A DNA stretch of 64,000 nucleotides from Takakia lepidozioides (taxonomy: Eukaryota; Plantae; Bryophyta). Each line of letters starts with the position of its first letter. The first letter of the stretch is position 1. The notes beneath the pieces were generated by a model. It searched no databases. It was not told the DNA's origin and saw only the letters and a list, made by a program, of their open reading frames with translations. The stretch spans positions 68,076,001-68,140,000 of the forward strand of contig CM060732.1 in the NCBI GenBank assembly GCA_030704615.1, in the 5' to 3' direction. The position numbers and the translations under genes are program-made. This document shows positions 1-10,766 of this stretch, piece after piece.

Positions 1-1258
1 ATATGGCCGAAGTCGGGATCACCCTTCAGCGTCGCCTCGAATTCGTGGTTGCGAGTGTGCCAGTGGGTATCCCACGTTGACAATTCATCGGCAGTGGGTC
101 CACGAGTTTCGCCGTCCTCATTCTCAATGGAAACGTAAAACGCTGCCGATCCCAGACGGTACCCTTCTCGAAATGCGAACTTGAGCTTATCCACATCTCC
201 GGGAAGGGCCTGCCTGACGATGGGAAGGGAGACCATGCGACAGAGTGGGATTCGAAGAGTCCGCTGGAATACCCTGCTGCCCAGAACTCTGCCAATGCTA
301 CTGTGTGTCTCCTCCAACATTTTATCCGCTGCACTTTTGAAATCCTCCGGAGACATGTCTGTAGGTGCCGGTAGTGGCTGAGCAGCTGGAGCATCCTCAA
401 CTGGAGCTGCACTCTGGGGCCTGTGTGCGGGCAATCTGCCATTGCAGAGGCCTCCTCCGGGCCTGCTTGCTCATCGGTGGTGAGGTCTTGCTGCGAAAGT
501 TGAGCGGCAGCACCCTCCTCCGGTACCAAATCGAGATCAACGGTCGATCCCATTGCCTGAGCTGCAGCAGAGTCGCCCCAACATCTGCAGGCGGGAAATC
601 CTCCAGGAACTGAGCTTCAGCTCGTGGAAGCGGTTTTGCGGGAGATTGTTCGCCCGTCGCCCTGATTGCCTTCTGCTTCCTCATCCTTGCAGGTGAAGGT
701 GTCTGCTGCAATTGAATCTGTCTTCTACCCTGCTGCTTCATTCGCGTTGGGGGGGGTGAATCGGCCTGAGCCGGTTCAGAAGCCAGTAGAGGGACGGGCT
801 GCTTCTTCTTCGACTTTGCTGGAGAAGGGCCCGACCCCTGCTGGCGATTCTCCATGACCGAAGAACGCGAGTCGATCTCTGGGACTTTCAACTTGCCCTT
901 CGAAGACGCGTCTTTGAATCGCAGAGGGCTAGGCCCGGCAGGAATACCCGCGCTCGGGGATCGGGTGGGTGTACGTGCTGCAGCTAGCTCCTCGGACTCT
1001 TCCTGCGGCTCTTCGGATTCCTGCGATCCCTCCAGCACGTCCACCTTTCCTGTTAGGCATGCAAACATGTTCTGCATTCAAGTCTCCTAGCATTCAGTCT
1101 AAGAATTACAGAAGCAAAATGGGGGGTTCGGTGCTCGATCAGCTGCGCGCAGCCCGATCGCATGGAGCTCTCACTGGTGGCTGGGTTGCCTGAGTGGCCT
1201 GCTGCTCGGAGATGGCAATCTCCTCCTGTAGACGCATCTGCTTCCTCCCCTTCGGCAT
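1..1258 (-). pseudogene. Transposon accessory gene: low-complexity N-terminus plus globular domain, possibly ParB/Srx-like; truncated by window edge
   Basis: ATG 1258 (MPKGRKQMRLQEE), likely intron 1174-1072, Pro/Gln/Glu-rich region with two apparent frameshifts (~580, ~435), then open frame 470 to <1 absent from the ORF track: ...RTLRIPLCRMVSLPIVRQALPGDVDKLKFAFREGYRLGSAAFYVSIENEDGETRGPTADELSTWDTHWHTRNHEFEATLKGDPDFGH. The ParB assignment is inference. Confidence 0.5.
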
Positions 1259-1686
1259 TGGCCTACGTCCGAAGTATAATTTCCGGAGCTTGCGACGAGG
1301 TCTCCTGGCTGGTGCACGAACTCCCCCCCTCTCAGGTTCGAGCATAAGAAGAACAGAGAGAGGGAAAAGGGCCAAAGAGTGCAGATGGAAAGAGCGCGAG
1401 AGGGGTGACTGAGGAGACACGACAAAAGTAGATGAAACGGTGGTGATGCACCACTTGGGTTCGAAAGGGTTGGACAAAAGTGTCTCCTCGGGAGTTTGCG
1501 TCATTACGAAATTCGAATCGTTGAGGGTACGCCTGCCGTCCGAAAAACAAACATCATTATCGAACGGTCAGGCCGCGCCGCCTCATGCCCCTTCAGTCAG
1601 ATAGAGTGCCGACATGTGCAGCAATACCGTTGCTCCACGTGTTCACATTTCAAGGTATTTCCGTCCCAACGTCTGATCAGTTGGAG

Positions 1687-3451
1687 CGAAAATGCGAATG
1701 CGGCGCCGCATTTCCGTTAAGTACGATCACTCTGCTACACATCCGTACTTGTTGGAAGAAAATGCGGCACCGCATTTCCGTTCCACCTTCACATACCTTA
1801 ATTGTTGAACGGAAATACGGTGCCGCATTTCCGTCCCACAGCTCCAAGTATGAGATTCAAAAGGGAAATGCGGCGCCGCATTTCCGTTCTGGAATGTCGA
1901 AAGGTGCGATTGGGACGGGAATGAGGCACACATTTCAGTTCCCGTGGTTCATGATTTTCAATGTGAACGGAAATGCGGTACCGCATTTCCGTTCCCACTT
2001 CACATCCGTTAGATGATGAATGGAAATGCCGTGCCACATTTCCGTTCGGGAAAGTATAGAGGTCTCACCGGGACAGAAATGCGGTGCCGCATTTCCGGTC
2101 CGGAAAGTTTGAAGGTCTCACATGGATGGAAATGCGGTACACATTTTCGTAGCACAGCTCCAGGCCCAATATACAAAACGGAAATGCGGCGCCGCATTTC
2201 CGTTCTAGAATGTCGGAAGGTGCGACTCGAACGGAAATGCGGTGCCGGATTTCTGTTCCCGTTGCGCACGATTTTCAGTCAGAATGGAAATGCGTACCGC
2301 ATTTCCGTTCTGTAGAGTATTAACGTCTGACGCTGGCGGAAATTCCTTGCCGCATTTTCGTTCCACAGCTCCATGCCTCACATACAAAACGGAAATGCGG
2401 CGCCGCATTTCCGTTTTGGAATGTCGGAAGGTGCGACTCCCACGGAAATGCGGTACCGCATTTCAGTTCCGAGGTTTCAGGATATTTCATCAGAACGGAA
2501 ATGCGGTGCCGCATTTCCCTTTTGAATCTAATACATTCCGTTCTGGAATGTTGGGAGGTGCGACTCGGATGGAAATGCGTTGCCGCATTTCAGTTCCGAC
2601 GGTTCACGATTTTCAGTCAGAACGGAAATGCGGTACCGCATTTCCGTTCTGGAATGTTGGTAGGTGCGACTCGGATGGAAATACGGTGCCGCATTTTAGT
2701 TCAGATGGTTCACGATTTTCAGTCAGAACGGAAATGCGTTGCCGCATTTCCGTTCTGGATAGTATGAATGACTCAAGCGGTCGGAATTGCGCTGTATGAA
2801 GCTGTCGGAATCGCACTCGGCTCCATGCATCAGATACAAAATGGAAATGCGGCGCCGCATTTCCGTTCTGGAATGTCAAAAAGTGCGACTCGGACGGAAA
2901 TGCGGTGCCGCATTTCTGTTCCCGTTGTTCGTAAATCTCAATCAGAACGGAAATGCGGTACCGCATTTCCGTTACACCTTCACATACCGTGCTTGTGGAA
3001 TGAAAATGCGGTACCGCATTTCCGTTACACCTTCACATACCGTGCTTGTTGAATGAAAATGCGGTACCGCATTTCCGTTCTGGAGAGTATGAATGTCTTT
3101 TAAGGACGGAAATGTGCTGCAGCATTTCTATCCCTCAGCTCCATGCATCAGATACAAAATGGAAATGCGGCGCCGCATTTCCGTTCTGAAATGTCGGAAA
3201 AGTGCGACTCGGACGGAAATGCGGTGCCGCATTTCTGTTCCCGTTGTTCATAAATCTCAATCAGAACGGAAATGCGGTACCGCATTTCCGTTCGACCTTC
3301 ACATACCGTGCTTGCTGGATGGAAATGCGTTACCGCATTTCCGTTCTGGAGAGTATAAAGGTTTCCCCCGGACGGAAACTCGGTGCCGCATTTCCGTCGC
3401 TCTGGTGCATGACCAAGATGCAATACGGAAATGCGGCGCCGTATTTTCGTC
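1687..3451. repeat. Array of ~33 units with 53-bp period: ~26-bp palindromic core CGGAAATGCGG(TA/CG/TG)CCGCATTTCCGTT plus ~27-bp spacers from five families
   Basis: Cores start at e.g. 2842, 2895, 2948, 3001, 3054, 3107, 3160; perfect 34-bp palindrome at 2618-2651. Confidence 0.95.
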
Positions 3452-3877
3452 CACCAGCAATCGAAAGAATCACTCGGGACGGGAAATCTGGAACCTGAAT
3501 GGGTTGCATTGTTCCGAAACAACACAATTGCGGCCAGTCTTGATGAGCACAACTTGGTTGTCTGACAGTTTTAACCAGCAGTCCTGGCACTTGTCAGTGC
3601 GAACGTTCCTGTCTGCACCGAGAATACTGCTGGATCCACCCTCAGGAGAAACTGTCAGGAGATGTTATTTCGTCGCCGAATCGGCCATCATTGTCATACT
3701 CACTGGCTATGGAATCAAACCTCCCACCTTCATGCATGTAGCTTGAAACAATACTTTCCACTTCAATGTGCAACTTCCAATCGTCGATGGACTCCGCAGA
3801 TCCACTTAGATGGTGCCTGTGAGCCTTGGTCTGTCGCTATACTGAACCTCGCACTTGCCAACTCCGTGCGGTGTTCG

Positions 3878-6800
3878 ATGGCTCCGAATTCCTACGCTAT
3901 AGTTTGCTGTCCTCCGCAACTTGGGAGAGCCTGGATCCCAAACGAGGGAGGACTTTGCAGAGTGACTGAAACTTACCTTTGTTCCAAATTCAAGCTCAAA
4001 CCGGGCACAGTTTATTTGGAAGAAGAAAGGAAGGATGTTCCTGGACAGGTTGACGAGACCATTGTCGTGCTAGGTAACGACGGAGGTTGCGGAATCGAAT
4101 GGCACGTTCCCCCGTCAGACTCCATCCTGTACCGAGCTGTGGGAATGCCCATTCCCTTTCCGAATCAGTCGCTGCCCACACCATCCACAAAGGAGTCCGG
4201 AAACCGAGAGGCGGCCACTGCCAACAGAGAGGTATGCAACAATAATCATTCCCGACCTGGACCGTCAAGACCCTCCATAGCTTCTCGTGTGGACGTATTC
4301 GACATTTCCAACGAGGAAGATGATTGCATTGAGGTACCCATGTCCTCCACACGGTCGTTCAAATCCGGCATGGACGTCTCTGTAGGTGCTACGAATGTGC
4401 CCTCGAGCATAACTCCAACCCGGTCCATTGTGCAGCTCCTACGACAACATCACCTCGATGGTTCTCGCTCCGAGCTGGCTGCTCTCGACTATGCCAAATT
4501 CCCAGTCAGAAAGGTAACGTTTCTGCCTCCCGAAGTCGATGGCAATGTCATCTTCGAGTTTCCACCTGTTTCTTCGTCAAAGAAAGCCTCCGGGATGTTA
4601 ACAGACATGGATCGAAAGCATGACGGACACCCCTGGTGTGTGACGAAGACCAGTAGCACGAAAATTGCTGATGGTGTTCGTGTACGATATGTCCTCTGTG
4701 CGGGGAAGCTGAGGTGCCTCAATCCCACCTGCTTCCACTTTCTCTCCAAAGGAGGGCGGAGAAACGAGACGGATTGGACTGGCACAACGCATCATCCATT
4801 CATTGTCTCCAGCCAAGCTCCTGCGGGTTCTTTCAAGTGTGCACATTGCAAAGAACCACCAACGTGCATGTCCATGTGCAGAGCCAAGCAATACTACGTT
4901 ATCCATTTGCTCCCGGACTTGACTAGAGCTTGCATACACGTTGGGGTCCACTGCCACCCCTTGGCGAGAGGCAACATGCGTGAGACTGTGCAGGAAGCAC
5001 ACGACATCATAAAAGAGGAGGTGAAATTGAGCCCCGGAGCCAGACCAAAGCAGATTCAGCTGAAGGCAGCTCACAAGATTGCTCTTGGCAAAATCATGTC
5101 TGAAGATGGTTCCGACCAAGAGCCCTTGACCGAAGACGAGATGCGGGACCTCTTGGAGTCCGTCTCGCACGTTTGTAGTCCGAATGTGCGGAATCACATC
5201 GTATCTTGCAAGCAGGAGTTCGGCAGGGGGTCGGACATGTACTCAATCCTGGAGGTGAAACGAATGACTGGATATGGCTACATCCAAGGTAGCAGGTTTC
5301 CAGGGCAAGGCAGCGAATCCGATCGTTGTTACATTTTCAAAATGTCGACGTGTGGGCCTGGGAGTGGAGTCGACTTGGTCACTCGCATGACAACTGGAAA
5401 CTTGTCGAATGCTTGGGTGATGTTTGATCACATCAAGCGAATTACAAACCATCAGTGGGTGACTATGGGTGTGCATGTTTATGACTATCACTCCAAGAGG
5501 CTCATGACGATTGCAATCTGCGAGATGAAAGGGGAGGACACACAGTCCGAGATGCATCTGTGGGAGGGCATAAACGAGCAGATGGCAAGGGCGGGATTGC
5601 CAGAGCCCAATTTCAGGGGATTCATGGCAGACAACGCTCAGGCCAACTGGGCAGCGGTGCGGCGTGTGTACGGTGAGGACCCCAATGTTCCAATGGAGGG
5701 GAAAGAGAGATCCTGTGGATTCCATTGGATGCAGAGTCTATCCCACTACACTACCAAATTTGTTGCTAGCTCATTCCAGGCTGAACACCGTGTCCTTTGT
5801 ACGGCGTGGAAGGATGCACCCACATTTGATGACGCGGAGGTTAAGTTTGCTATCATCGAGGCTTGGTGGAACACGTCAGGTGCAGTGGAGACAACCAATC
5901 TGGGAGCATTGCACAGCTGGTTGGGGTGGTGGCATTTTCGGTATCGACAGTTCGGACAGTACATGCGGGAGGTAGGCTGCTGTCAATTTCGTTCATTTGT
6001 CTTTCTGTTACGGACATTTCGATTGGTCCCTCACCATTGTTTGTGTCCTTCTAGGAGCGGTGCTTGGATTCCGACACGGACATGCCGAACACGAATATGG
6101 CAGAATCGGTCCACTCCTCCTGGCGAGCGTCTTCTGCCGCACATCTGGTGGACGTAGTCACGGCCACAACGGAGGACATCGACAGAGCAATCATGCAGCA
6201 AGCCACGTACTACAAGTTCCTGAGCGGCAAACAATGGGGCTTTGGGCCGGACAGGGAGGAATTGTTGGTACGAACAGCTTCGAGGTCCAAGAATCCAGTG
6301 AAATGGGCGACAGCATTGCGAGAGAAGATCAAAGGGACGCCTCTGCACCGCAGAGGTGAACACCTAGAGGGGGACGTCCGGACTCGCCCTGTCAGGCGGA
6401 GGATTGAAGAGGAACCCGGGTGCGAAGAGGATTCCTGGAGATCCGACAGGAACATTCGGACAGCACCTCGAGGTCCCGTCATGTTGCCGCACAATGTGTC
6501 TTCCAGCAGTGGAAGCCCAAGAAATTCCAGATCGCCGTCGCCTTCAACCGGGGATTTCGTGCAACAAATTCCCACCGCTCCCTTGCCCCACATTCCGCCC
6601 GCTGTTATGCAGTATGGCCAAGCCATTGTGGAGACGACTGTGTCTGCATCACAGTGGAGAATTGCTCGCACAAAGCCGTCGTTTCGAGGAAGGTGTTCCG
6701 CAATTCGTGTGGATACACGGCAACGTTGTTTAGAGATGATAAGGAGGAATCCAGATGGGGCTGTCCCTGCTCCTACTTTTACAGGAAGATTTGTCCATGC

Positions 6801-7483
6801 AAAGTTTGCGGAGGCGACAACCACCCAGTTCTGGTTCTGCAGGCACGACATTATGACTTGCGTGTATGGAAAGCCCAAGTACGGCATACAAACAATGCCA
6901 GAGGCTCCCCCGGTGTGGCCGGTGGAACCAGGCTGCGATCTGAGTCAGGTTGAGGCCGACGCCCTTACCGCCGCAGGATTTCGGATGGTGCAGCGCACTG
7001 ACGTCCCCAGAGAACCATTTCCGCTTCCACAGCCTCCACCACCGACCCCTGTGAGAGCAAGAACAATGGGACACGACAGCTCTAAGCATCCTACACACCG
7101 TTGGGGGAAACCGAAGAGGCGGCGACCTCCCTCAAAAGTGAACGAGACAAAGATGGGGAATGCACTTCGGATGAACTGTACAATCCAGAGCTCGACAGAA
7201 GTGCCCCACCAGGATTCGGGCGTGTGTATCAATGGCCACGGCGGGCTCAGCTGTTCGCAATGAGGTGTACACCATCACCATTTCAGAATTACCCACCTGC
7301 AATTGCACCGACTTCCAGATCATGGCGAACAAGGGGGCATCATACTGCCCTTGCAAGCATTTGTACTACGTGTACCTAAAGAGACTCCGTTGTAATTCCA
7401 CAACTCATCACTTCATACATGCACCAGGGTTGAGCCCCCAGGAGGTTGACACTCTTCTGAATATGGATCCAGGGGACGAGTGA
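3878..7483 (+). CDS. MULE-type DDE transposase with N-terminal GCM-like Zn domain and C-terminal SWIM finger; one intron, one frame break before SWIM
   Basis: ATG 3878; GCM-like DGHPW...CAGKLRCLNPTC...CAHC...C...HVGVHCHP (4600-4960); D in WVMFDH (5426), D in FMADNA (5630), CGFH (5714), E in TNMAES (6103); phase-0 GT-AG intron 5972-6054; SWIM CNC..CKH (7297-7360) in a shifted frame from ~7231. Confidence 0.8.
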
Positions 7484-8074
7484 GCTTGGCTTGCGGTCCA
7501 CATACAATGGTACGCCCATCCTTTTCGGATAGTAGAACTGTACTGCTGCCAGTACCTCAGACTCTGGCCACACAAAGGTCCGACATATGTCTTGCCTACC
7601 AGTAACCTGTTTTGCTCGAACTAAGATATTACTATATCGTTCACTTGTTTCCACGTGCATGTATTTTTGTATGTTGGAGGGTTCATGTTTTTCTGCTTTC
7701 CGAAAACTTGCTTTCCTCATTCGACCTCCGACAAGGAAATGCGGCGCCGCATTTCCAAGTATCGTCGTAGGTACCCCCAGAGGCGGCCTTCGCCAACACC
7801 AAACCGCTCCGAAATTTCGCACGTGCGAACCCTAATGCGGCACCCTATTTCCCAGTTCAGTTGCAAACCTTTCCCGCCGAATACCCGAAGAAGACAGAAT
7901 TGTGAAGTACTGCAGACTGTATTGGTGCAGACTCCATTGGTTCAATCGCGGCAAAAGGGTCAGCTTCATTCCAATGTTAAGGCATGTAAAACCGCGGAAT
8001 ACTCTATACAGGCCAGTATGCGACGTCCTTTTGCAGTGGTATACTGGATTTCCCGTTGCACGGTCACTTATTTC

Positions 8075-8335
8075 CATGAGCGGATCTAAAAAACCATGAG
8101 CGGACTTGTTACTGACGACATATCTTCGCCGCATTACATGATCTGGAACGTCCAAAAACGGCAAGGTCAAATAAAAAACTATTATTTTAATACTTGTTTA
8201 ATCTGCCGCATTTCCAAATTTGGAGGAGTCCGCTCATGAAATCCGCGTATCTTAGACTTCGGCTCACCGCTCATGCGGCTCATGCGGCTCATGGCTCATG
8301 GCTCATGGTTTCTGCTCATGAAATAGTAAACCTCG
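8075..8335. repeat. Subterminal GCTCATG/CATGAGC repeats and probable element terminus
   Basis: catgagcgga at 8075 and 8095, inverted copy agtccgctcatg at 8227, tandem gctcat(gc)g run ~8269-8320. Confidence 0.7.
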
Positions 8336-9440
8336 TTTGGAGACCTATGAGCAATGATGGGCGAAGAGGTGAAGCCAGATCAGGTCACCTTCATTTGCGT
8401 TTGCAATGCATGTGCGTGCCTGACAGCCCTGGAAAAGGGCAGAGAGGACCATGCTGACATCATGAAAGCTGGAATTGTACCAGATGTCATTCTTAACAAT
8501 TCCCTTGTGGACATTTATGCCAAATGTGGGAGCATTGACGATGCAAAGGAAGTGTTCAACAATATGGCTGAACAAAATGTGGTATCATGGAATGCCATGA
8601 TTGCAGGATATGCCCAGCATGGTTGTCATAAGGAAGGCAGGCTTGACGCCGAACTGCAGTATCACTTTTCTATGTGTTCTCCAAGCATGTAGTCATGGGG
8701 TCTAGTGGATGAAGGCAGACACTACTTTGATTCCCTGCATCGAGATCATGGCCTGACTCCTACAATGGAACACTTTGGCTGCATAGTGGACCTCCATGGC
8801 CGTGCAGGGCGATTGGATGAGGGTGAGGACATCATCAACAAATTAATGCCTGTCCAACCAGATGCTACGGTGTGGAAGGCCTTGCTTGGTGCCTGCAGAA
8901 TTTATGGGAATGTGGAGGTGGCACAATCTGTGGCAAAATCTATTCTCAAATGGGATCAACAAGGACACCATAACTTATGAATTGCTATCACTTATATATG
9001 CTGCAGCTGGCAGGTGGGACGATACTGCAAAGGTGAGGAAAATGATGCAATTCAGAGGTATCAAAAAGCAGCTAGGTCGCTGCTCCATTGACTTTGGTAA
9101 ACGGGTCCACATATTTGGTGGTAGATGACAATTGTATCCACAAATTAGGAAATGCATGTTGAGCTGAGAAGATTGTCTGGGCATATGAAGGAGGTCGGGT
9201 ACGTTTGTATTGCATGATATGTAGGAGCAAAAGAAATTTCTCTTTGCCACCACAGCAAGGTGGCCATTACTTTTGGGCGGATGAGTACGGCACCAGGGAC
9301 ACCTCTTTGATTCATCAAGAACCTTTGAATGTGTGGTGACTGCCACAGCCACCAAGTTCATCTCAAAGATTGTTCGGCGAGCAATTGTTAAACAGGATAC
9401 CAGCCGCTTTCACCACTTTGAGGATGGGTTTATTCTAGTG
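8336..9440 (+). pseudogene. PLS-class PPR-E-DYW RNA-editing factor pseudogene, 5' end cut by the MULE
   Basis: YAKCGSIDDA, VSWNAMIAGYAQHG, E domain (VWKALLGACRIYG, YAAAGRWDD); DYW relic HHSK (catalytic E missing), [13 protein letters not shown]; several frameshifts. Confidence 0.9.
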
Positions 9441-10766
9441 AATTGATGTTGTGAGTGGCTTTCTTCATTCATTAAAAGCATCCAGCTGCTTGGTTCATTC
9501 GCCAATGCCTTGGGAATGTCGACTATGACATACTTTTAAAGGCATTTCCTCCCCCCGGCATAACAACGCAACAAGAGCTGATTGTGGAGTCTACCAACCA
9601 AGAGGTGCCTGAGATTGCGCTTTGCACCCACATGATCAAAAGCAATCTGATTACAGGCATCAGATCATGCTAGCAAACAGAATGTGTATGCCTGCATTGC
9701 TACTGGAGCTCCCAATTTGACCACAGATATGACATGTGGCTCTCATTGGATTGCATAATTGTATCTCATACAAGAAAAAGAAAGATACTGCAAACATTTT
9801 CCTTACCAACAGGAAGCCAGACAGAGTCTCCTTTGTGGGAATGATCTTCACTCTACCTTGGAAAGATATTTGTTATATGATCTGTAGTCATGCGTGGTTG
9901 GGTAGTTGTGCCTTGCCTGCGCATAACCAGGGTGATCCTGGGTGTAACACATCCCACCCTTAGCACAAGAGTTGAGTGTCACACCACATCACAAAGACAA
10001 AGTGGAGTCTTGTTGTGACAATGTCATCACAGCCAAAGGAGGAGCGGTCGACATCACCCTCTCATTAGTCATATCCATTATTTTGGTGTAATTGTATTAA
10101 TATTAATTGAACCAACATGATGGATCAAGAGATTCACCCATAAGTTTTTGGGTCCAAATTTGAGATATTGGACAGTTACTGCAAGCAAGAGATTGAGAAA
10201 AAGAGGTTTACTTTTCGTGATGTGGTATTGGATATTTAGGAGATCTTGCCGCTTGTTTGAGATCAGCATCTCAAGTACTTTACAATCACTACGTGAAGTT
10301 TCAGGCCAGATGAAAGTGAATACAATTCGTAATGAGCTTGATTAGAAGGACAACCCTATGCACAAGTTTGTTCAGCATTTTAAATTTGGACATGTTTGTA
10401 TCACGGCGCTGCGTCAGATAGAGCTCTTGATTAGCTTGCATCGAAAGCTAGCCTTAATTCACCAAGATCCAATTCCAAGCTTTGGAGAAGGTCCACCACC
10501 CACACCAGAACTAGCACAACACTCTAATTTCCTTCCACTATCACCAGAGTCAGTCGAAATCCCCCCTTTACTCATTACCTGCTCCAGTCAAGTGCAAGTA
10601 TGGGCTGACTTCACCTACCCCACTACCATTTCTTGTGGATATGCAGCAGGAAAATGCCCTCAACAGTACATCATGGTCAATCTTCTCCAGAAATGGTGGA
10701 TGAACTGAGTAGCTACACAGATCAATGAATGAAGCAAGACACTTGCATCTTCCCAGAAAAAATTGT

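Larger units (their letters stand above)
1..8335. mobile_element. Large Mutator-like (MULE) DNA transposon with GCM-type transposase, divergent accessory gene and internal palindrome array; left end outside the window
   Basis: Transposase motifs at 3878-7483; short subterminal repeats at 8075-8320; abrupt switch to mid-PPR coding sequence (tttggagacctatgagc) at 8336; array motif recurs near the end at 7735-7756. Confidence 0.75.

Noticed and set aside
1687-3451. CRISPR array
   Set aside because: Spacers fall into five recurring families rather than being unique, repeats are degenerate throughout, no cas genes are present and the context is eukaryotic
1585-3746. Many overlapping ORFs with NGNAVPHFR/EMRCRISV/RKCGTAFP repeats
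   Set aside because: Translation artefacts of a palindromic 53-bp repeat: same peptides on both strands, period not a multiple of three
3662-3877. N-terminal 72 codons of the 831-aa ORF, and its tail 5972-6157
   Set aside because: The tail reads through the intron; the head is uncertain and ATG 3878 was preferred as the start
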